Part shown: in pieces, positions 1 through 10,030 of the stretch
Layout of the letters: the number at the start of each line of letters is the position of its first letter
Numbering within the stretch: the stretch's first letter is position 1
Assembly: GCF_030686945.1 (NCBI RefSeq)
Contig: NW_027122681.1
Span: 1,866,938-1,930,937 of the forward strand
Source of the DNA: Centruroides vittatus
Taxonomy: Eukaryota
DNA length: 64,000 nucleotides
Direction of reading: 5' to 3'
Made by a program: the position numbers and the translations under genes
Notes under the pieces: model-generated
Database searches by the model: none
Told to the model about the DNA's origin: nothing
Seen by the model: only the letters and a program-made list of their open reading frames with translations

Positions 1-1229
1 TAGCTTGCACGTAGTCTGTTATTCGACGTCTTTTTTTAGTTTAAACGTACAAAAATACTGCAGTTCTATTATCATGGATTAAGTTAAAAAAGATTCTTTT
101 CTTGCAAGCTATTCTAGCAGTCTAACAGGACGAGATGCAGCTCTGTACGAAGAGAAAATTTCGTTATGTCAAGGCGATCCATACGAAGCCAGTTTATCAG
201 ACTTCGTCGTATATCAAGAGTTGTGGCCGAAAGTAGAATTTGGTGACATTATAAACTATTTGGTTTTTACAACAAATTTCTACACCCTGTCACAAATGAA
301 AGCTTATAAATCTTTAGAGGCCCATAACTATTTAACAAGTGGCTGGGTTTCTCCTGATATAAAAGTAAAAGTAATGAATAACAGCGAAGTAATATTGCTT
401 GGAAAGATATGTTTTCTTTTTTGTTTAAACTCGTGTTTTTACGTATTTCTTAAGTAAGAATTTTTGTCTGAAAGTAAAAGTCTAATTAAAAACAGCCGTG
501 GAAATTTTTTAATTCAAATTGTTCAGTACCTTTATTTTCTAGTTGAAACTAGCATATAATAAGTCTACTTGCTTTTCGTTTTAACGTGTAATGTTTATAA
601 GTTTGCACTAGCTAAAGCCTGAAATTACGTTAGTTATTCGTTTATAAATGCACTATACCTAACTAAATTAATATAAGCAAATCAGTAAACTCTTTTAGGG
701 TTTAAAATATAACTTAGTGTTTATTAACGTAAATATTGAAATGAAATGTTTATGACAAACTCTTGTATTGATATTCACTTTATTCGTAACGAAATTTTTC
801 CGGTTAATTCTCGAGAGCCATGCAGTTTGCCTTTGTTGTGAAAGCTTTTGTTACAGTTTGAGATCCTTGATGACAAATAATGCCGGAAATTTTAAAAAAT
901 GATGTTCCTTTGTTCTTGAGTGAACTAGCATTACACCCAATTACACAACAAATCACCATAGTGATATTCGCGACGAGAAAAAACAACACAAGAACTCCAG
1001 TTAAAACGCACGTGAACACACACAAAACGTAAACAAGTCACAAAGAGTCACAAAGATGGCGCTGGACAATTGCGCATGCTCATGACGTCACTCGTGATGT
1101 CGACATGAAACCTCTCTATTGCAAGTGTAGTGTGGAAATGCTATATAAAATTAAAACGGGAAACATTGCAATTTTTATTGTGTCTCTAAAGTGTAGAATA
1201 ACTATTTTAGAAATATCCTATTATACACG

Positions 1230-2790
1230 TTAAGATATTTTTAAGAGAATTTTGAAAAAGTCTGATAAAATTAAATGACGTAAGTGTGCGTTAGAAGTCA
1301 TTATATGACGTAAGTGTGCGTTAGAAGTCATTATATGACGTAAGTGTGCGTTAGAAGTCATTAGATGATGTAAGTGTGCGTTAGAAGTCATTAGATGACG
1401 TAAGTGTGCGTTAGAAGTCATTATATGACGTAAGTGTGCGTTAGAAGTCATTAAAGATATTTTTAAAAGAATTTTGAAAAAGTCTGATAAAATTAAATGA
1501 CGTAAGTCTGGGTTAGAAGTCCTTATACGACGTAAGTGTGCGTTAGAAGTCATTAGATGACGTAAGTGTGCGTTAGAAGTCATTAGAGACGTAAGTGTGC
1601 GTTAGAAGTCATTATATTTTTAAAAGAATTTTGAAAAAGTCTGATAAAATTAAATGACGTAAGTCTGGGTTAGAAGTCCTTATACGACGTAAGTGTGCGT
1701 TAGAAGTCATTAGATGACGTAAGTGTGCGTTAGAAGTCATTAGATGACGTAAGTGTGCGTTAGAAGTCATTATATGAAAAAGTTTGATAAAAGTCATTAA
1801 ATGACGTAAGTGTGGGTTAGAAGTCCTTATACGACGTAAGTGTGCGTTAGAAGTCATTAGATGACGTAAGTGTGCGTTAGAAGTCATTAGATGACGTAAG
1901 TGTGCGTTAGAAGTCATTAAAAATATTTTTAAAAGAATTTTGAAAAAGTCTGATAAAATTAAATGACGTAAGTCTGGGTTAGAAGTCCTTATACGACGTA
2001 AGTGTGCGTTAGAAGTCATTAGATGACGTAAGTGTGCGTTAGAAGTCATTAAAAATATTTTTAAAAGAATTTTGAAAAAGTCTGATAAAATTAAATGACG
2101 TAAGTCTGGGTTAGAAGTCCTTATACGACGTAAGTGTGCGTTAGAAGTCATTAGATGACGTAAGTGTGCGTTAGAAGTCATTAAAAATATTTTTAAAAGA
2201 ATTTTGAAAAAGTCTGATAAAATTAAATGACGTAAGTCTGGGTTAGAAGTCCTTATACGACGTAAGTGTGCGTTAGAAGTCATTAGATGACGTAAGTGTG
2301 CGTTAGAAGTCATTAAAAATATTTTTAAAAGAATTTTGAAAAAGTCTGATAAAATTAAATGACGTAAGTCTGGGTTAGAAGTCCTTATACGACGTAAGTG
2401 TGCGTTAGAAGTCATTAGATGACGTAAGTGTGCGTTAGAAGTCATTAAAAATATTTTTAAAAGAATTTTGAAAAAGTCTGATAAAATTAAATGACGTAAG
2501 TGTGGGTTAGAAGTCCTTATACGACGTAAGTGTGCGTTAGAAGTCATTAGATGACGTAAGTGTGCGTTAGAAGTCATTAAAAATATTTTTAAAAGAATTT
2601 TGAAAAAGTCTGATAAAATTAAATGACGTAAGTCTGGGTTAGAAGTCCTTATACGACGTAAGTGTGCGTTAGAAGTCATTAGATGACGTAAGTGTGCGTT
2701 AGAAGTCATTAGATGACGTAAGTGTGCGTTAGAAGTCATTAAAGATATTTTTAAAAGAATTTTGAAAAAGTCTATCGTGGAAATGCTATA
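1230..2790. repeat. Tandem satellite array: 30-bp monomer TGACGTAAGTGTGCGTTAGAAGTCATTAKA (about 45 monomers) grouped into ~129-bp higher-order units, separated by the AT-rich spacer AAATATTTTTAAAAGAATTTTGAAAAAGTCTGATAAAATTAAA
   Basis: Direct reading shows the monomer recurring every 30 bp with variants (TCTGGGTTAGAAGTCCTTATAC). The spacer recurs about every 129 bp. The ORFs 1230..1583 and 1612..2829 are just repeat-unit translations (MTSNAHLRH...). Confidence 0.92.
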
Positions 2791-3780
2791 TGTAATTAAA
2801 TTAAAACGGAAAATATTACTAAAATACAAGCTTAAATACTAATTGGAATTGGAATAAATTTGATTATTACTATTTAAAATTTCTAAATTAAATATTACGA
2901 TATTAAATGAAAAGAATGTGTAGAAATTATGCTACTTATCCTGGCTACTTATCCTGATTCTTTTATCTGGCGTCGGGAAGAGAAATTTTTAAGTAAAATT
3001 TCAAGTTGAAGGTCGTCAACCTGAAAGTAATATTCTTGTAAAAATTTGAAAAAAGTTCTATAAGACAAAACAATATAACTTACACAATTCATGGTTGCTT
3101 AAATTATAAATGAATTGATGACACTGACCCTGCGATAGTGTTCCTTTCAATGTTTTATTCCACTTCGATACTGAAGTTAGAGTTAACTGAATAAAACGTT
3201 TCTTATTTTATCTATATTTGACAGAATTTCGCTTTATGTATCGATTATATAATCAAGACGTTGCGTATTCATTTTTACATAAGACGCTTTGTTTTATTTT
3301 TTGTACTTGGTATTGTTAATCAAACACGAAATATAGCTTAGAAATCTCGGAATTAAACTACTTTTCATAGAAAATTATAATTTACATAAAATATGTTAAG
3401 AGAACTAACATTATTTTTTCAACAGATTTCTGTCTAAACTATTGCACATTTACGCACCTTCATTTTAATAATTTGAGGGTAATTATCTCAATTTGAACGA
3501 AAAGAAGCTCGAATCTAACAAAAGTCTGTTTATAAATCAATCTCGCTAATTTAATTCAACAATAATTTGTATAAATATCTCAACTTGAAGACGTAAATAT
3601 GTTTCGGGTCGATGCTCTATTAGAATTTATACTCAATATTAATTACATAAACAAAAACAAAGGATTACTTACTTCCGTGAGACTCGCCGAAACAGAATTC
3701 AGCAGAAACTTCCTGAAAAGAAACAACAATAAAAATCATTTATTGTTACAAACAATATGAAAAAGAACAATTATACATAG

Positions 3781-3826
3781 TATTGTTAAATACTCAACTA
3801 ACAATAGTATTGTTAGTTGAGTATTT
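3781..3826. repeat. Near-perfect palindrome/hairpin (AATACTCAACTAACAATAgtaTTGTTAGTTGAGTATT)
   Basis: The reverse complement of the left arm equals the right arm, giving a stem of about 19 bp. Confidence 0.8.
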
Positions 3827-5169
3827 TATCGCATCAATCGCGTCACTTATTACCTCAAAATTTCTACGATAAACCATTTAAGTCATCACTACGAATATTC
3901 AATAAGCTTTAAATTTCGTATAATTCGGATACCAGGGATTATCTGTGCGTGACATTTCAATTATGTTTACAGTTCGTAACGTCGTAAGGAATAGCGTAAC
4001 GATAATTGTACGTCTTTTCTGTAAAAAAACTTGTAGAGAATGCACCGGTCAAAGGCAGTAAAAGTGTAATTTTGTTTCAGAATATTACCGAAAAACGAAG
4101 AAAAAAAATTGTCGTCGTCGGACTGTTCGGAGTTCGAAAGTTTTCGGGAAATACGTCACACTGTGACTAAGGTTTCGAAATAGTAGTGTGACCGAATGTC
4201 GTCCTGCAACACACGTCTTGGTACACATATTGTCCGACAGAAAGCGTAAAGAGATTGTAATTGGAAGATAGTAATAAATTTGCGAAAAAATGTCAGTGTG
4301 AGTGGTGAATTCGTAGAAAATCGTGTCCATTATAGAAAATTACAAAAATATCTATGAAATTTTGTTTTAAATACAAGTTACGTAGTTATATTATTGGACA
4401 AAATTGTAAAAAGCAAGGCCGTAACGATTTTCCCTCTCAATCCAGGGGCCAAGCAATTTTTGAGACCCACAATCGGAAGACATTTTTATGTTCGTTGCAC
4501 TTGAATAACTCGTGTTTATTAGAAAAAAATTGCGTAGGTTACATAAAAGTTAACGAACCGAATTCACTACATTGATTCAGAGCAGCAGAACAGCATACTT
4601 TTTTTATATGCATGCCCCCGTGACAGCCATCTTCTTAAGTATTTTTCCATTTCGCATTTTTGCTAGTTGTATTTCGTATTATCGACAAACGGGAGTGCCT
4701 TGGTCAATTATATAGCAGTGTACAATTAAATGTAAAAAAGCATTTTTGTTAAAGCGAAAATTGTTGCAGGAAAAACATAGATAAATGTGATAAAATTATA
4801 ATTACATTTTATTTAAGGCTAAGCATCTAATGACGTAGCGTGATGATAAACCTTAATGTAGCACCGGAATACAATACATTAGCTATTTTTAATCGCATAC
4901 TCTTAAACCACTCAATGCGTACCACTAACTCTCACCTCTCTTCTAAACAGACGATCAATTGGCAGAAAACTAGAAATATTTTCTGATAATTTCTAATTGC
5001 CAGTTAACAGGAAACCCATTTATTGTGTGGATTCTTGAATTTTAATTGCGTTTTATTAAGTAGATTTAGTATAATACTATTCAAAATGAACTCCTTTCTT
5101 ATGCACAAAATACCATTGCCGCTTGAGTGAAAATTGTACTCTAATGATAATAAATAGCGAGGTTGGGGC

Positions 5170-5338
5170 TGTTATAATGTTGGATCTTGGTTGTATTTAA
5201 GACTAGTAAAGTTTAAGAACTATTTATTATAAACTATTAAATACAAGTGGACACAAACACGGTAAGTTGAATGACAGACGACTGACGACCGATGCTCTTG
5301 TTGGCCGCTGGTGTCGCCACCAGTACATATCGTAACAG
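5170..5338 (-). repeat. 3' LTR of the gypsy-like element
   Basis: About 95% identical to 14762-14935. Termini are TG..CA on the minus strand. It is preceded on the minus strand by a poly(A)/PPT-like tract (5341-5357). Confidence 0.7.
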
Positions 5339-8300
5339 TGTTTTTTTTTTTTTTTTGAAAATACAAACATTAACAATATATAGTATGTTTCCAAATTTTG
5401 TGGGCTTTCGTCATTCTCAGTAAAGGAAAATCTGCGAGGCTTATTTATCTGCCTGCCAGAGCGGGTTGTCCGAACACGGGGTTGTGCGGAGACAGGTTTA
5501 GTTATTTTGTCAGGTTCTGCTTCACTGTTCGCCTGCTCAGGAGTAATTGGACTAGATATAGGCATGCTGTTAACGGTATGTTTTATTTTCCAAGTTGGCA
5601 TTTCTGTTGTTCTAGGAGTCTTCAATAAATGATGTCTGTTTCTTCTATAGTGAATTCCATCCGGTGTTGTAATGACATGTTCTAGGCATTGGACTAACTT
5701 TGACAACAGAAGCAGGTGACCAAGGTTCTTTTGGACTCTTTTTATAGTATACTTCGTCTCTTTCCTTTAAAGGAAATAAGACTTTAGTGTGCTGGTCATA
5801 ATAGGTTTTAGCTTTACTCACTTCTTCTGCACGGATTTTATTGTAGTGTTGTATATCTATGACTCTTGGCCTCAACACAGTTTCGCTGACAGGGAGTTTC
5901 ATTCTCGGTGATCTAGACATCAGTAGTTGTGCTGGAGAATATCCACAAGGCAAAGGCGTATTTCTATATTGGAGCATTGCAATGTATGGATCTGAATTAT
6001 TTTCACGACACTTATTAAAAAGATGTTTAATAGTGCCAACAGCTCTTTCGACAAGACCATTGCTCTTGGAATAGTGTGGACTTGATGTTCTGTGAGTTAT
6101 ATCCCAACACTTTAGGAATAACCTCAATTCTTCTGAATTAAAAGCTGGACCATTATCAGAAACGATGACTACAAAAATTCCATGACGTGAAAAGATTGCT
6201 TTTAGATTTATTATGACTAGTTTAGCATTATTAGAACTGACTGAGACTAATTCAAAATATTTAGAAAAATAGTCTATGACTAGCAAATAAGTAATATTAT
6301 TATAATAAAAAAAATCTATGCCTACTTTTTGCCATGGCAGGTTGACATGCTCATGTAGAATAAGAGGCTCTTTATTGTTTGCTCTTCTAAATTTAATGCA
6401 GGCGTGACATTGCTCTACTTTTTTATATCGACATTTTTAAGTTAGGCCAATATACAACACTTCTTGCTTGTCTTTGGCATTTTTCGATGCCTAAATGACC
6501 TTCGTGAATAATGTCTAATATTTTGGAACGAAGACTTAAAGGAATTACAAGTAGACGACCTTTAAACAATAAACCATCGATGACATGTAGTTCTTGACGT
6601 ATATTAAAGTAAGGTTTTAATTGACAGTCAAGCTTGTTTCTTGATGTAGGCCACTCAGTAAGACAATGTTTCATAATGATTTGGAAATCCGCATCCATCA
6701 GGGTCGCTAGTTTAATCTCTTCTAGACGTTCAGAGGACACTGCAAGATTAGTCATCAATAAGTTTGCATGTATACGGAGATCTTCCTCTAGAGAATCCTC
6801 TGCATCGGGTGGATCTACTGGAGCCCTACTTAAAGTATCTGCTATGAACAGGAATTTGCCTGGTTTATATGTAACATTCAGATCATATTGTTGCAGATTC
6901 AGCATCATACGCTGTAGACGCACTGGCACTTCAGACAATGTCTCCAAAGGTTTATGATCAGTTTCCACAATGACCCGATGACCGTAAATATATTGACGAA
7001 ACCGGTTATAACCATACCGAATTGCATACGGTTCTTTTTCTATTTGAGCATAACGTGACTGACACTCTGACAATGACTTTGATGAATAGGCTATGGGTCT
7101 CTTGTTTTGTAGTATGACTGCACCAACTGCCGCCTTTGAACTATCCACAGAAAATGTTAAAGGCTTATTAGGATGGAAATAAGTTAAGACTGGAGCATTG
7201 CGTATTAACTCCTTTAATAATTGAAACTCTGACTGCTGTTTCTCTGACCAATGAAACGCTATATTCTTTCTTAACAATAGACGTAGGTTGACGGTTTTAT
7301 CAGCTAAGTTATCAATGTAAGATCCCAAATAATTTACCATTCCCAAAAAACGTTTAAGTTCTGTTATATCCTTTGGTGCTGGTATGTGACATATTGCACT
7401 AACTTTAGCTGGATCAGGACACATACCATTTTGACTAAAAATGTGATTTAAATACTTGACTTCTCTCATTAGAAAATGACACTTTATTAAACTTTAAATT
7501 AATTTGACGAGCTTTTTCTAGGACTTTTTGCAGTATCTCGTTATGGGATTCTAATGTTTGACCATAAATCAGTATATCATCAAGATATATCATGATTTCT
7601 TGTATGTCTGAGAACCAATCAGTCATGATTTTATGGAAAATTTCTGACTTGAAAATCACTTGACACACCATAAGGAAGACGCTTAAATCTAAATCTATCA
7701 AAAGGCGTATTAAATGTGGTTAGCCTCGAACTGTTTTCACTAAGTTTTATCATCCAGAATCCAGACTGTGCATCTAAAGTTGAAAAATACTTAGCACCAG
7801 ATAATTTTGACCTCAGTTCTTCTACAGTTGATAATGGATAATGACACCTCTTTATTGCTCTATTCAGATTTCTTGGATCTAGACAGACTCGCAATGACTT
7901 ATCTTTCTTTTCAACAATAACGACTGAATTTACCCATTCGGTAGGCTCACTTACTTTTGCTATAACATCTAAAGATTGCATACGTTCCAGTTCTTTTCTA
8001 AACCTTTCGTTTAACATAAACGGTATTTTTCTAGGCGGTTCTATCACTGGTACTTTATCTTTGTTAACGGATATATCATATTCACCTGGTAGACAACCAA
8101 GACCCCCGAATACATCTTTGTATTGCGACAGGACTGACTCATGATTATTGATTTTAAATACTCTTTTGACTAAACCTAGTCTTTGGATTGTAGGTAGCCC
8201 TATAATGGTCTGACTATCAGTATTGGTAATTATAAAATGAATACTAGCTGACAAATTATCATTGATTATACCATTGACTAACACCGTTCCCAAAACTTGT

Positions 8301-8485
8301 ATATCATTTACTGAGAATGACGTAAGCCTTACAGCCGTAGGTTGTATTTTTCTAGCAATTTTTAAACTTTTATAATTTCTTACTGACATTACATTAGCCT
8401 GAGCACTCGTATCCAAATTACACATTGTAACGTATATCAGAGTCTCTTGAGATTCGATGCCTATGAGCTTAGGACCAGGGGGCAA
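5227..8485 (-). pseudogene. pol: gypsy pol polyprotein (protease - reverse transcriptase - RNase H - integrase), broken by frameshifts and stops
   Basis: ORF 7631..8485 has protease LDTSAQ and the RT N-terminus (PxIEPPRKIPF, FSTLDAQSGFW). ORF 7435..7701 has YLDDILIYG. ORF 6423..7469 has RNase H (ETDHKPL) and the integrase zinc finger HEGHLGIEKC. ORF 5645..6286 is the integrase DDE core (VSDNGPAF, SNGLVER). ORF 5227..5706 is the integrase C-terminus and runs on into the LTR. Confidence 0.88.
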
Positions 8486-9749
8486 ATGGCGAGCGGGCCA
8501 CCAGTGAACGACCGCTGTTAAGATAGTGGGCGGACAACAGTGGGAATTTATAAGTTTACAAAATTTTCAATTTGCAGCAGCGTGAGGTCACGGGTCGACA
8601 CGAACTAATGGATTGGAATCTTTAGAATGTCAATCAGAAATGACTCTCGTAGACATGACAAAATTTGGAAATAAATGTAGCATTCCTTCGAAAGCAAAAC
8701 TGTCGCGTTCTAAATAATGAAGACATAAAGGAAAAATTTTAGCCGTCAGAAAAGAAAATATCACGGCGTGAGATACCAGCGAAAGTTTCAAATTTAAATC
8801 AACACTCGCGGACAAGACGAACGGAGGTGTCAAATTGATTAATCCATCGGGCTGAAGAACCCAGGGTGGTCTGTACCTGATGTGTCGAGTTCCGTTCCAT
8901 GCAGTCCTGCAGCCCACATTGTGGATCTTAAAGAACCAAAAATGGGTAAGATTAAGACAGTTCTCGATGAACAAAACTAGCTGCCATGATGCTTGCAAGT
9001 ATGATGAAATATACGATAAGCACGAAGATCTGTAACGAGTTAGCAATACTGAAATACGAGCGAGATTTGTGCGCAGATAATTTCTTACCACACTAAATTT
9101 AACAGAAAAATTCATCACAAAACGATTATTGATGCTAATGTGTGAAATTCCATTTAATCGAAGCAAGATGTGTGATTACCAGAGCCCCTTCGGCCGCCAA
9201 TTTAAAGTATTTTAATCTTTCAAATTGGCGTTTCCACTTCCCGGGACGAGGACCCAGGGGTTGGATTTGTGGGAAGCGAGTGTTCGGGTTGTTTCATTGT
9301 GTCGAATTACGTACACAGAACGGGTCGCTTGACGTGTAAGTGCGTGAGTGCGAGAATTCGAGTAAAGGTTAAACGGTGTATATCTTCGTGTAAAGTGATG
9401 TTATGTCCGTGCGCGCGCGCGTGTGTGTGTGTGATCGAAGAACATCTTCGGCATGTCTAAAAACAGAAAAACAGTAAATTACGATACGAGAATAAGATGG
9501 GTTGAAAATGAAACGAAAGAGTTCTTACCATCGGAAATTTCGGCAAATATTCACTTGTACGATAAATGGCAAATTGGTCCTCTTCTTGGTAAAGTTGAGG
9601 AGGGAGATTCTTCTCCCTCCCAAATGTTCCTACAAAACACAAAGACAGTGAGAAAAGGAGAAGTTGATTCATTTATTATCTAAGGTCAAAATTATTACCT
9701 TTATCAGATAGTCTTTCTTCCCGAACAGTGTCATGAGGAGAGCGAAGGA

Positions 9750-9791
9750 CCTGACCTAGCCTATCCTAGCCTAACCTAACCTAACCTAACC
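9750..9791. repeat. Interstitial telomeric repeat: (CCTAA)4 preceded by degenerate CCTGA/CCTAG/CCTAT units, which is (TTAGG)n on the minus strand
   Basis: Read directly as cctgacctagcctatcctagcctaacctaacctaacctaacc. Confidence 0.9.
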
Positions 9792-9825
9792 GGAAGCTCA
9801 ATCCTCGTAACAGCTGTTTGGGAAG

Positions 9826-10030
9826 AAAGGTCGGCCGAATGTCGCGTCCGGTGAAGAAACGTGTCACGTCCGGGTGGTCACAATCGGGAGTCAAATCCGT
9901 TGTCGTCGACCGAATGTCACGTTCGAGAGACAAGACCGTGGTCACATCCGGGTAAGATAAGGTCAGGTCCGAGTAAAGGTGTCATGTCTGGGTGAAAAGT
10001 GTCGAATCCGGTCAGAATGTCGCATCCGGG
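9826..10030. repeat. Degenerate GC-rich minisatellite (GTCRCRTCCGGGT-like units, about 9 copies)
   Basis: The motifs gtcgcgtccggtg, gtcacgtccgggtg, gtcacatccgggt, gtcatgtctgggtg and gtcgcatccgggtg recur every 15-25 bp. Confidence 0.7.

Noticed and set aside
221-457. ORF 221..457 (…KAYKSLEAHNYLTSGWV…) as a fragment of a second SWIM-family protein
   Set aside because: The resemblance to the region preceding SWIM fingers in YqaJ/SWIM proteins is weak. There is no zinc-finger motif, the frame ends in low-complexity sequence, and there are no flanking TE signatures. The support is insufficient.
1230-2790. Possibility of a CRISPR array (regular direct repeats)
   Set aside because: This is a eukaryotic context. 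There are no unique spacers (the units are contiguous monomers with a recurring AT-rich spacer), the higher-order periodicity is typical of satellites, and there are no cas genes.
1230-2829. Long ORFs 1230..1583 and 1612..2829 (MTSNAHLRH... repeated peptide)
   Set aside because: They are translations of the 30-bp satellite in one frame. They are periodic, have no start context and are not genes.
5859-6957. Plus-strand ORFs 5859..6074, 5398..5628 and 6634..6957 inside the gypsy pol region
   Set aside because: They are antisense to clearly recognisable RT, RNase H and integrase sequence and show no homology signals.
8630-9166. ORF 8630..9166 (178 aa, minus strand), just upstream of pol, as a gag-pol linker or protease
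   Set aside because: It has no recognisable gag, zinc-knuckle or protease motifs, and it lies in the region of nested repeat insertions. It is probably non-coding.
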